A stretch of DNA of 51,088 nucleotides, counting the filler, from Bipalium vagum (lineage: Eukaryota), in the NCBI GenBank assembly GCA_037834085.1. It is 3 parts of 3 records of this genome, joined end to end, with 100 filler letters (N's around TTAATTAATTAA, not from the genome) between each part and the next. Parts side by side here need not be neighbours in the genome. Positions count along the whole stretch, not along the records: positions 16,349 to 34,843 come from JBBMKC010023446.1; positions 34,944 to 51,088 come from JBBMKC010125080.1; 1 more part is not named here. One strand, 5' to 3'. Positions 22,201 through 35,045 of the stretch are shown here, one piece after another. The translations under genes were made by a program, and so were the position numbers. Below the pieces are notes generated by a model that saw only the letters and a program-made list of their open reading frames with translations, made no database searches and was not told the origin of the DNA. Every line of letters begins with the position of its first letter. Position 1 is the stretch's first letter.

Positions 22201-24210
22201 TTGGTGAGACTGATTTTGTTCATTTTCATTTATTTGTTTTTCATTGTTTTTAATTTTATTATTAAATTATTATCATTATTATTAAATTCGCATTCAGCGG
22301 TAGCGAGATTTCGGTTTATCCATAATAACATTCTTTTGTGATCGATTTAATATTTGTAATTGTTAATACAAATAAAGTTTTATTTAAAATATTTTGAATT
22401 GATTTTTGAGGTAGCGGATATTGTATAGTGGAGGATGTTTTACATTCAAAGGAGTTGAGAGGGATTTCGAACACGAGTTACACAAAGTGAGGAGTCATGA
22501 GCAGACGAGCACACGTTACTACATTTAGTATAATAGTAACAAAACTAACTATCCAAATTGACAATCAAATTATTTTTTCGTCTTTAGTGAATCTATCGAA
22601 AGTAAACACTATGATCTAAGTTTCAATTTGAGTCTTTTTCTACTAGCTTTTTTTCAAAAAAATCAGTTCAAATCACAAAACTTTATTGTTTTCACAATCA
22701 ATTTCACATTCAAATAATAAATCAAAAATCAGTAATCGTAACAAGGGAAAAATTAAGATAATAATCAATTTTCAATAATTTTAATCAAATAACAAAAGAA
22801 TTAGTAATTGAATTTGATCAAATTTCAATAAATGTCCATTAATTTCCTATCTACATTCAATGAATTAATAAATCGAATTTTTATTAAAATAAATTACAGC
22901 AAACAAATTAAAAATAATCCTTAAATCTCAAGAAAAACAAAGTATAAAAAAGAAATAGAGCGCTCTAACCAATTGATTGTCCTGATCTGAAAACATGATT
23001 AGCCATACAGAATTGTTATCAATCAATCAAGTCTTCTGTAAAAACAGATTTTCCGACAAATAAATATCTTCTTTAAAAATTGAATTTGAGGGGAGTCCCT
23101 AAGAGTTTGCTAGCCACTTTTATATAATTTTTTCTTCTGCCAATCATATAATAACTTTTGTCATTGACTGCAGTCTCCAATGGAAAAATGTTCCCATAAT
23201 TTAGTTGAGATTTCCAAGTGGAAGTTTAATACTAAACAGCTATTACTTGGGAAATCTATGATTTCAATAAAAAGTAGTAACTCTTTCTAAAGAGTTCTTT
23301 CCAATTTTATTATTATTAAAATTTTTAATATAATTATTTATTGTTAATATTTTATTATCGCAACTCTTAACAAAGCTTTTAATATGTAATATGTAAAACT
23401 TGCCATAAAAATTTAAAATATAACAATTATAAAATCAATTTTTAACAGAAAATAACTATTAAAATACTAATTATCTCAAAAAATGATTTTAGCTAAATAA
23501 GGGTGCACAAGAAATACGAAATGTATGAATATAGTTTGAGAAAAAATTATAGATTTTCAGTTAATTAATATAACGAGAAAGTGGGAGACAGTTAGTTGGT
23601 CAGAATGGCCTTTTATGAATAAATAGATGAACCATTTCTTCGATATACACTGCATCTCCTTTGTATTTGAGTCCCGAAATCATAGCGATCTTTTAAAACA
23701 GGTATGTATTGAGAGGAAAACTGATTTTGATAAGAAAACATTGTTAAATGAAATAACAAAAGTGTGGGAACAAGTTTTTATTGTATTTTAACAAGAACCT
23801 AAATAAAACTGATATTCTTATTTATTTGATTGTTGGTCTATATGACATAAATACATTTACAGCCTACTATTTTCTATTGACTGGTGCTTGTGATTGTTCA
23901 TTCAGAAAGCCATAAAAGATCTCTCTCACCGCCTCATTACCTATTGATAAATATAATATAATAAATAAATAAATAAAATGGAAAACGATTTTCAAAGAAA
24001 ATTACCATAGACCTATAGGTGAAATTGTAACAAAACCGATACTCACTACAATATGTTATAAGATAATATCTATGAAGAATACGTTTTAAAATTTATAATA
24101 AATACATTACACAAAATTCTTATGAAAAATATAAGATTATAAATAAAAATTTCATTGATAAAAATGTGTCCATTTTATCATTTTTCCACGTCACATTTTC
24201 TTCCTGTGGC

Positions 24211-24990
24211 CTAATCAACTTTGTTTTCCGTCGTATTAATCGAAGATGACAATAGCGATTGGTTTTTCTCAGAGACATTTGCTTTTTGCAAACTATCGCC
24301 AAAGGTCAAATAATTAGCATTCAAATGGCGCTTGGCGTGCATATCTCTGACTGAAAAAGACAGAAAATAAAATAATAAATAAATAATAAAAAATAAAAAA
24401 GTACCCATTGAATCAATATAGCCTGACATGGACAAAGTTACTCCGACTAATACTACACACATGGTTAATAATAATATAGCAACTACCATAACAATTCGGG
24501 CAATTCGTTTTTCTTTGGGACTTTGGGTTTCTTGCATATCAAATATTGAAGGGGAAACGTTATTTTTAAAATACGACGATAAATCTATTAATTTGCCATG
24601 TGGTAAAGTTGCATAGCAAATCTCACTTCTATCACCGATTGTTAAAGGAAATAAATTGGAATAAGATTCATCGTAGAGTAAATGAAGTATTTCTTTTTCA
24701 CTGGATGTACTGAAAGAGGACTTTTTTGATAGACCACGTGGCTTGGAATAAAACCTCGACGATAACGGAGACGTTAACAATGGATAAGCAGGATCCAAAC
24801 AACACAATGATTGCGTTAACGGATTTTGTCGATCATCCGTTTCTGATCGGTTGTTATTGTTCGGTGAATTATAGTTGATTTGGAATTGATCAATGTAAGA
24901 AAACTGATTTTTCTGTACATCGAGATTATTAATAGAAAATCCTCGGAGATCTTTTCTAACGTTGACATGTTCTAAATCCTGTTCATCCAT
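24211..24990 (-). CDS. Uncharacterised single-pass membrane protein; exons 24405-24990 and 24211-24350 (5' end uncertain)
   Basis: Long ORF with TM segment KRIARIVMVVAILLLTMCVVLVGVTLSMS. A 54-nt gtactt..tttcag intron (24351-24404) splices to GYIDSMVRDMHAKR. Confidence 0.75.
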   Translation of the reverse strand: MDEQDLEHVNVRKDLRGFSINNLDVQKNQFSYIDQFQINYNSPNNNNRSETDDRQNPLTQSLCCLDPAYPLLTSPLSSRFYSKPRGLSKKSSFSTSSEKEILHLLYDESYSNLFPLTIGDRSEICYATLPHGKLIDLSSYFKNNVSPSIFDMQETQSPKEKRIARIVMVVAILLLTMCVVLVGVTLSMSGYIDSMGTFLFFIIYLLFYFLSFSVRDMHAKRHLNANYLTFGDSLQKANVSEKNQSLLSSSINTTENKVD

Positions 24991-27868
24991 AAACTTTTGC
25001 AACAGGAGTTTATCATAAAAAATGTACTAATCTAGTTCAATTTGAAAAAATAATCATTGAAAAGACATTGGACAGGAATATTTGTTGCAAATTTCTTTCA
25101 GAGATAGAATATTTATTTACTCTGTCCAATTGCATACAAACCAACCATGTCAAATCCGCTTCCTCGAATGGCTTATAACATGAAGAACTTCTTAGTGAGA
25201 GAGGAAATTGAAAAAACAACTCTAAATGAGGATGCTGTACTTCATTTCTTTATCGGAAAATGATATGCATCATTTGAGATATTATTTTCAAAGGCTAATG
25301 AATTTTTGAGGATAGAGAAATATTTAAACTGATAAGAATTTATATATACACCGAGTATATATATATATACATAAATTTTTCCTTAGAAATATATTCGCTT
25401 CTTATAATACTCTTTACAAATATCTGAAATTATTTTTCTCACAAGCTAAATAGGTCTTTTCTCATGGCTGTTTAGATAAATGGAAAAAATTAAAAACAAT
25501 TATGAAAAACCAACCCATTTTGCACACTGAACTTTAAATTGTACCATTTTTTAACAATGAGATAATTAAAAAGACCCTTTACTACAAAGGTATATTTTTT
25601 AAAAATTATATTTCTCCTAGACATTTATCAATGGTCTTTGCGAATTATTTTTGTGTTTGATTTATAAATGTATATAGCCTTCGTAAATCTTTTTTTTTGT
25701 TGTACATATTTTTTCTCCATAAGAATGTTATACCTTATTTTTTATGTATAATTTTATGATCTGGTTGAAATTTTTTTAAAAATTGTCAAACATTACTCTT
25801 AAACACTTTAAATACCACAATATTTATACTTGTCTGACATTTTGGATTATCTTTAAAATTTTTAATGTTATTTTCCTTAAAAATTCCAATTCATTTCAAC
25901 GCCTTTTTATAATTTGAATTTCTTCCTTAAAAATATTAGATGCTTTTGTCTTGGATATATATGATAAATCAAAAAAATTATAAAACAGGTATTAATACAA
26001 CCTTTCATGTTATTGACAAAATTAAACAATGTAATAACTTAAATGTTAACATAACATAAATTTAATTTTAACCAACCGTGTATGTAAAAGCTAATCAATT
26101 CCTATAAATAGGACATAATAGTAAAGTACTTAAAATTGTTTTCTAATTAATAATTTCCACATGTATATAAATATTTCTTAGGAATTCAATATTTATGAAT
26201 ATTATTTATTTATATAACTTAATTTTTAAAATCAATATCTCAGTGTCAGAAAAATTATTTTACAATTAAGTGACTGATTCTATTAACATTTTAATTATTT
26301 ATTTTTCATAAGTTTAATTTTTTGAAAAAATCATTTTCTATCTTAAAATTCTTGAATATTTTATATATAGAATTTATTAAATCTTGAAACCATAATCTTC
26401 CGTAGGTTAATTACTCAAAATAAAGGATCTTTTCATTCATTATACAGATTTAGATGATAATATAGTTTAAAATAAAAAATGCTGCACAACACACTTTAAT
26501 ATTTCTTAAATTTAACTGATCTAGTAATTATAAAAGAATGAACAACCTCACATTACACAAGTTACAAGTATTAAATCATTTTTTACAAGTTGGAAAAATC
26601 AATATATTAATATATTGCTATATGGAACTATAATTCGTATGTTTTTGAATTCTGTTCATGTTTAATTTAAATTGCAATTCCTATCAAACAGCTCAAAGTT
26701 AAAAATTCCATATAATGGCAAAAAAACCATAAGAAAAACGGAAATAACAATAAAATACCTTTATGATTTTAAGAATGTATTAAACTTAATTAGCTGTGAA
26801 AGTTATCTTATTATTCTCCTTTAGTTTTCTGATTTAAAGATTCTATAATTAAAAATAGTTACTATATAACAAAAGTAATTTTACGGTATGAATTTGAAGA
26901 GTAACAAAGTCAAACAAAATAACGGACATAAAAGTTCATAAAATACGCTAATATATATTCATCAGGACAATGGAATAATAACCAGCATTGTTTATATACA
27001 ACCTAGTTTTCCAAAATACTTTAAAATAAATTGATTGATGGTTTGGATTTAATCTAAATTCCTTCTACCTCACCGATGTCTAAGATTTAATATTGGACAA
27101 TAATTAAAAAAAGTACTGAAAAAGACTCATTGGTCAAAATCAAGAAGGTTCTTGAATTTAAAGAGCATGCTTGAATTTTGGCCGACCTCAGAAATGTCTC
27201 ATGCACAAAAAAACAAGGATTTAAAATGAATTATTGATTCAAATGATTTTTCATCATGACACGTTTCCTTTTACAACGTGTTTTTTACAACGTCCTTTTA
27301 TTTTGAACCCTCTACCAACGATCTGACACACCCACACATGCATATTATACCCAGATAAACAAGTGTTCCTTTCTGAACGATGTCAAGACGGGAAAAGAAA
27401 ATGAAGTCTATATTTTATTATTGTTATTTATCAAAAAACAAAGTATTGATCTGAAACATCAAACAAACACTTTTCTGATCAGTTACGCACAAAAGTGAGG
27501 AACCAAAAAACACCACAGACAAAGCGTCGGAAAAATCACTGTTTTCATCAGAGATACCCCTTTCGACGCGCGCCAATTAAAAAATATAATCAAAGTGAAC
27601 AATAAGAATATTAGCAACAGATTTGAACACCCTTGTCCTTCTCCCTTCCATTCTCCTTGTACTCCCATACTTATGGTCATAATTTTCTCATCATAACAAG
27701 AGCAAGGGGTTCTGGAAAACGGGGTTGAGAGACACGGGAAATGGAATTTATATTGATAATTTTGTCTAAGAAAAACAGAAACAGGTTTTTTGATACGACA
27801 AAAGCACAAAAATTGTGACAAAAAAACTTTCTTCAATACGAAAACAGGTAAGACCACGAGCGATCGAT

Positions 27869-30800
27869 TCAGTGCGGAGCGGTGCCAATGCTGGAGGCGG
27901 TGCCACTGACAGTGAAGGAGCCAGAGGAGGAAGAGGAGACAGAGTGTACGGCGATATTGGCATTATCACTCAGCTGGAGTTTTGGCTGAGTCCTGCTGCT
28001 GTCGATGAACATTGTCGATAATAATTTCCCCGCTGATGGATCTGAGGGTATCGAATTGCTCTTGACCTCCTTATCATCGTCATCCATAGAAATCCATTCG
28101 ACTGATTTCTCTTTCTGACTGAGACGTTCATTTAAAGCTTTCAGCGCCAACTGTCTGAATTATTATTATATTCGTCAAAAACGAACGAGCAAAGAGAATG
28201 AAAGAGCAATTAAAAAAAGAAAGTTGTTTCGTCTTTTTCAAAAATATTTTTAAAATATTTATTTTTCATCATTATTACGACTTTCTTATTTGAAAATTAT
28301 TCGGAGATACCGGGATTCGAACCCGGGACCTTCACATGTGCATGGACTGCTCAGACCGCTGAGCTACATCCCCCGACTAATTTCAAATTATCTCACAATA
28401 ATAATAATAATAATGAATGGAAAATAAAACTGCTTTAAAATAATTTAAGAACCTTCAGATAGAATGATGAATAAAAAAATTTTCACCCACTTCTCATAAA
28501 TGAATTATTATAAACATATTGTGAAAATATTGAGATATTGTTATTAGAATAAAATTTCAAATTTTATTTAAAAATAAAATTGACGGAATTTTCTGAAACG
28601 ATAGACATTTACAATATTGATTAATAATCAACTTTATTATTTAGTAAAGGTGTGGATAAAAAAAAAGTTTGTGACTTGATTTTAGATATATAAAAAAGAG
28701 GTACATATAACTTTTATGAGTTCCATTTTCGACTTTCTTAATTAATTCGATGTAATATGAAAAATTTCCTTTTACAATATTATATTCTCAGTACTTATTT
28801 CATTTTGCCTAAAATCACTGTGTTCAGCTTCTCAAATGTTTTCTAATGAAATTAAACAATTTTATACTCTTACTATCAAGAAAAAAATATTATTTTGACC
28901 TGATTTTTCTCATTTTTTATTGAAAAAATATATTAATATTAATAATAATAATGGTTAATAATAATATTAACCAATAATAAAAATAGAAACAATAAAAAAA
29001 TAATGAAAATATTTATATAATAAATTCAAAATAAAAATGTTTATTTAGTTAATATATAATTATAAAAATAATAAATAATTTTGAATTTGTAATTGAGAAA
29101 ATCTCAGACATGCACTTATAATACAAGTTACTACTTAAAATAATGTCTACACTGGATAGATTTAAAATTTATACATAACCTTATCTATTTTATAAAAATT
29201 CAAAATATTATTACTTTTTTTTAACAATAAATCATGTTGATTAAAATTTTTATGGCGATTATAAAATAATAAAACACTTTTAAATGGAATTTTTAGAGCG
29301 TAAGACTAATATTTTTTTAAAGTAGAAACATCAAAATAATAAAATATTGTTTTTCTCTTTCAATAATTTAATAAAAAATTTTCAATAAGTTTGGAATATT
29401 AATTAGAAGATTCGTGACATTTGTAATCAAAAGAAAAAGATTTTCTTATAATTTTTGTATGAGGTCGTCTCATAAGTCTTTACGGAAAAGATGTATAGAA
29501 CAAAAATATTTTATAAAAACAAGAATATTTTATTCGATAATATAATGCCCATCGTTATTAATTATCTTTGTCCAACGTTCAGAAAAATTCCAATACCATA
29601 CTTGAAGAACTTCTGGTACTTTCTGGCGAAATGCACAGAGATGACAGCGCATTTGCTATTGAATTCTTTCCCATTTAAGAAGTGGAGTTATAAACAGAAA
29701 AGATAATAATCTGTTGGTGCGATATCTGCACTATATAGTGGTGAGGAAAAAGTTCTCAGCCAAAATCTTTTTTGACCATTTCTCATTGGTCATTTTTGAT
29801 GTGTGCGGTTTTGCATTATCTTGTTGAAAAATAACTACTCGTCCATTGAGCAGAGATGGTCTGATAAGTTTCAATTTATACCGTAGTTCACTTAGTGATA
29901 GTTTCACCCATATTCAAGAGCTCATATATATATATATATTATTCCCTTCATATCCAACCACACACAGAGAAGAATTTCTTTCGGATGAAGACCTGATTTA
30001 GCCTTTGGGATTGGTTCTTTATCAGAATCTAACCACTGCTTTTTGCGTTCAGCATTGACATATAAAAACCAATTTTTCACGACAACATACAACTCTTTCC
30101 AGAAATGGGTCTAGATCACGGCGAGTGAACAAAGACGTGCAAATTGTCACCCGATTCAAAAGTTGTTTTTCATCTAGAGCATGTGGAATCCATTTTCTGC
30201 ATTTAAAATTTTTCCCATTTGAATTAAATGGCGACGAACGCTTGCTTTAAAAGTGTCGGTCAGTTTTATCCATTCCGTTTTTTTGACAAAGATCCTCTTC
30301 AAATAGTCTATTTAGGTCGTAAATGTCTGTCTGTACAGGTTTTCCGAATCTTGGCTTGTCTTGCATGTAAAAATCTTTGTTCCGAAACTTCTTAAACCAT
30401 TTCTCACATGTATTAATACCATAGATAACCGTTCATAAGACTGTTTGGCATTTAATCCGCACTTAAAGTCATACAGTAGACAGACCCTTATCATTTCTTG
30501 AGTAAATCTCATCTCCAAGAATTAAAAATCTTAATAAATAATGTAAGAATACATTATTTTATGTAAAAACACCTTTAAATAATATTCTTTTGGATAATGC
30601 GCTTATAAATTATTTCACTTAATAGGTAGGTAGGTAAAAAAATACTACATAATACTATATGAAAAACAGTAAAGACTTGTAAGACGATCTAATATTTTCA
30701 AATTGAGTTTGAATTAGATAATATCAATAAATTTTATTAAATTACTAAACGAACCTTTTTTCTACAATTAATCAAAAATTCTGAATTAAATAGAAGATGA

Positions 30801-33800
30801 AGATTTGAGGTCACCTGATAAAAAGTTTGTTGCGTGTTACTAGTTAATGTACTAAATTTAGAAAACCTTTCTTATTCATAATATATGAAACGAAAATTTA
30901 AATGTACATTTAAGAGTTCAAGATTGAAAAAGAAAATGGAACGAGAAATTTTTGATCCATTATTCTTCGTTGATTTAAGAACAATCGAGAGTAAAAGAAA
31001 CATCGGAAAGAATTTTTTAAAAAACAGGTTTAATAAAATAAAAATGTTTTGATTAAAAGTGTAAAAATGTAAAACAAATCTTAATATACTCAACTTCTCT
31101 CTAACAACCAATTTTCATCTCCATTCAAAGGTTGAACTTTGATTTTTCATTTATCCAAAGATAAAGATGTAAAAGTTGCGCAAAAACTCAGACAAAAAAG
31201 AAAATCGAAATTTAAAAAACTTAAACAGTGAAAAACTAAAATCAATTTCTATTTTCCTTTTTCAGATTGTTTCCAGTTAATATATTTATTATTATTAATC
31301 ATAATTACAAAATAACAAGATATTTCATCTTGGGAAATCCCATAAAAACTTATTGAAAGTTCACAAAGAAAAATCAGCTTTTCAGAGAGTGAAATATTAA
31401 GAGTACAATTTTTTTAATTTATTTTATACAGTGCGACACAAATTAATTGCAGCACTAATTAATGACATTATTAAATGCCTTGAAAAATAATCAAGATTTT
31501 TTAATTTTATAAGGTGTATGTATAAGCATTACAAATTGAATAATTTTTAATTTCCATTTTATCATAATCAATTTTTTTTATACACCCCGCACTTAAATAA
31601 AACTTTTTTTTATCAAAGCACAATAAGTTACGTAGTCTTTATTAATTTCGTAATATTTAATATTAGTAAACAAAATTAACGAATTGTATAAACATTTTAA
31701 ATTAATATATTTAAAGAAAATTAAATTCAAAGCCAGAATAAGGAAAATAAGGTGTCTAGTATTTTTATACGCACTTAATGTAACTTTATTTGTTTTAGAT
31801 ATTATCCATTTCCAAAGAGTCAGATAAAAAATTTATGAAGGTAATTAAAGTTTTCAAACATAACCACATAGCTTAAAATAATTAAGTAGTGTAAACATGG
31901 GAAAAAGAAAGTCGCTAATAAATTTTATAATTTGCTTGATCATTACTAAAATATATTCTGCTTTTGTTTTACTGATAATTTTCCCGATTTAAGTGGCGCA
32001 CTCTGTATAGCCTTAATAACCAACATTTTTTGTGCAGTTAATAATACAATCGTTATACACTCTTAATTTAAAAAAAGGCTTATTCATTGTAGATATAGGA
32101 TCTGAAATTGAAAAATGATTCAAGTTCCAGACAACCGACAGAGTTGATAACGATATTTTGCAGTATTGTGTCAGAAATTTAAATTTTCTTATAAACCAAT
32201 TGAAAAGGACATCAAGACCACGGTATACAATCAGAAATTTTGTAAATGGATCCCCATACTCTTACGGATCGTATTTGCATGGAGCTTTTGGTTGTTTGCT
32301 CCTCCCTATTTACTAAGAACTAACCCGAAATTTTTCGTGTGATAACTGGTGATAATAAATGAGTTAAGTATAAGTATATAAGTGTCTTAGAAGAAATTTT
32401 CAATTCTAAAGAGAATGATTAGCTTCAAAAAAGATGATTAATGATTATAGATAACCATGGCGATTACTTTATTGAATCAAAAATTTTTATGCGTCATTAT
32501 TTTCTTGACAATATAATATTTGGTTTATTCTTATAAAATTTAAGAATGTTTAGTGAGAATATTTAGTCAGTTAATTTCAATGTACTTATTATTTAATATA
32601 AGAAAAAAATCACATTTTTTGAAATCCTATTATCTGAAAATTATTTCCACACCAACAAGCTCAATAAATTTATTCTTAAACCAAAAATGTTTAGATAAAA
32701 AGTTTTAGGGTTAAAATTCATGTCTACAAGAAATAAAATAATAATATAATTAAAATATGACAAAAATAAAGCAGAAAATCATTTTATTGATTTCTAATTT
32801 TAAAATATTGAACTAAAATATTTTTTATACAAAATAATCTTACTCGGATGACATAACAGTCAAGAAATCCGTCTTTGAAATTTGTATAATCTTCACTTTA
32901 AAATAATTAATCAATGAACGAAATAATGTTTAATCGAAATGTCTGACAAAATCAATATTCAAGTCAAGTAACAAAATAATTAAAATTGTTTATTAAAAAA
33001 TAATTTAAAGATTAAAAAATTACTTCCGTCGTTCTGAGTCCATAACGTCTCCGGATGAAATGGAAATTGATATTGTTGTGGGAGAGCTGATGTCATAACG
33101 ACGATCGATCTTCTTGCATATCTTTAGATATATCAAAAGACCAAATATGGAATTTGAAATTATAGAAACTGGTCCTTCCAGATAATAGGGAAAAAATCTA
33201 TAATCGATAAATCAGTAAAAAATTGAAATTCTTTAGTTAAAGAATAAAAATAAATTGAGTCAGGCAAAATTTATTATTATTATTATCTATTATTCTATCT
33301 TTAAAACTGACAGTTAAATTTTATTTTCCACCATATTTTATATCGCAGCTTTCAATAAGTTCAATCAAAGATTGCCTAAAAACTTTTACATAAATTTATC
33401 TTTTAGTCACAATTATCATAATACAACTAGTACACGAATTTCCTGCCATTCTTTAACTTAAAAATTATACATTTTATGAAAGTCAGAGCACGATCACAAA
33501 AAAGTACTGTACTTGTAAAATAGATTTTAAAAAATATATTTTCTATTCAGATTATGACTTGTGTTAATTATGTAATATTTAACAATTGCTTAGAAAATGA
33601 AATGAAGAATTTTAACTAATTTTGTACTCAAATAATACTATTAAAATCAACAATAATGTAATAAAATTACTCGGAGAAAGCGAATTTTTCACTCAGATCA
33701 CCAACATTTCCGTTGCCATGCTTTTGAAAAAATCTCAAATAAATCCAACTGATAAACAGCCCATTGATATACATAATCAAAACTGATGAATAAATTATCT

Positions 33801-34356
33801 TTAATAATATCAAGATAATCAATGTTGATAGGAACACAATAGATATATGCTTATTTCGAAATTTACTGAACTTTAAGTTCATCAAAACATTATCACCCAT
33901 TAATTGACGGCTAGCTACAGTCAATGCTGCTAGAAGTGGAATCATCCCATGAATTTTTGTATCAAATAAATAAACTTCATTTCGTGTTATAGCATAAAAC
34001 AGTATATACACAAAAACAGCATTAATTGCTGAAAAACAGTTAACTAAGGCACAGAATTTTATTAATTCCAACCATCCCCAAACAGGTAATAGAAGCTTTT
34101 CCATGAAAAATATGGTTATAATATCCAATATTATAAATAATATTTTTGACTCGAAAAATGAGAAGGTCAATAAGCTAAATATCCAAAAGCCTGGAGGCAA
34201 AATATAAGCAGGAATTATAGTTAAATATTGGGATGCAGAGTGAACAAATGAACATATATAAAATAATATAAGTAAAATACTAATACATTTTGTATATAAT
34301 GTACACTCTTTCATTAAATTTGTAACCAATAACTTAATTGATGAAAACCTAGTCAT
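27869..34356 (-). CDS. TMEM115: TMEM115 (Golgi rhomboid-like pseudoprotease, DUF1751); exons 33671-34356, 33024-33197, 27869-28154; 381 aa
   Basis: Motifs WGWLELIKF, SWIYLRFFQKHGNGNVGDLSEKFAFSEFFP and DSERRKQLALKALNERL...SMDDDD. Both introns are GT-AG phase 2 and restore the frame. Confidence 0.95.
28302..28373 (-). pseudogene. tRNA-Ala-like sequence with a disrupted anticodon arm (pseudogene or tRNA-derived SINE head)
   Basis: GGGGATGTAGCTCAGCGGTCTGAGC...AGGTCCCGGGTTCGAATCCCGGTATCTCC. The acceptor stem (with G3:U70), D stem and T stem pair. The anticodon region is 1 nt short and does not form a 5-bp stem. A TTTT run follows downstream. Confidence 0.8.
29460..30692 (-). mobile_element. Full-length decayed mariner in TMEM115 intron 2
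   Basis: TIRs tgaggtcgtctcataagtctttac and gtaaagacttgtaagacgatctaa flanked by TA. Motifs IRVCLLYDFKCGL, WIPHAL, QQDNAKPH and HHYIVQISHQQ (frameshifted HPPYSADIAPTDY). Confidence 0.92.
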
Positions 34357-34792
34357 TTGGATTTATATCAGCAAAATTTATAAACACATTAAAATTCTGA
34401 TGGCGGTTCTAGCTTCAGAGATTGAATAAAACAAAAATACATGTAATGTAATTTCTCAATATTTGAGATAGTAAAAAATATCCTAAAATTATTTTGTATT
34501 ATTGTAATCATATTTAGATTTGAAAATTTCAACTATTTATTTTTTATTAAATTCTTGTGAATTAAGAATATTCTTATTTTCATATAGTTTTTTTTCAAAA
34601 AAATTATTTATAGTTATAATTTTTTTTATAAACATCAAAATTTCAGGTAAAATAAAATTTAGTAAAAATTTAATTTTTCTAAATATTTTCCAAAAAACAA
34701 GAAAAACTATCTTGAAAACCATAACTGAAATTTTAGAAGAATCTGACAATGGAAAAGTTTTAAAATCGAAAGTGACATTTCTAGAATATTTG

Positions 34793-34795
<3 letters not shown>

Positions 34796-34843
<48 letters not shown>
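34796..34843. repeat. (TTA)n microsatellite abutting a gap
   Basis: About 16 tandem TAT units. Confidence 0.95.
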
Positions 34844-34943
34844 NNNNNNNNNNNNNNNNNNNNNNNNNNNNNNNNNNNNNNNNNNNNTTAATTAATTAAN
34901 NNNNNNNNNNNNNNNNNNNNNNNNNNNNNNNNNNNNNNNNNNN
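34844..34943. other. Assembly gap with artificial TTAATTAATTAA linker
   Basis: N44-linker-N44. Confidence 0.97.
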
Positions 34944-35045
34944 AATTGTCGTTTTAGCTCCGTGAGCTGGAGCCCAGTCCTGCTGAAAAATAACATTAGG
35001 ATGATTTCTCTTCCACGGGATAAATTACTTTACCTAAATGTCTTT
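34944..35045 (-). mobile_element. Tc1/DD37D-like transposase fragment
   Basis: FQQDWAPAHGAKTT. Confidence 0.7.

Noticed and set aside
21300-22250. Telomerase RNA, hammerhead ribozyme or miRNA cluster as the identity of the hairpin array
   Set aside because: No CUAACCCU-type template, no CUGANGA core on either strand, and most stems are too short or bulged for pre-miRNAs.
22950-23290. Possible LINE 3' remnant
   Set aside because: Only vague similarity and no diagnostic motif.
27483-28021. Overlapping ORFs 27483-27857, 27766-27969 and 27815-28021
   Set aside because: Shadow frames of the GC-richer TMEM115 last exon and 3' UTR.
31425-32010. Possible MITE with tatacagtgcg / cgcactctgtata ends
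   Set aside because: The ends match only partially and may belong to different elements.
34520-34891. 123-aa ORF with poly-Tyr
   Set aside because: Produced by a microsatellite and an N gap.
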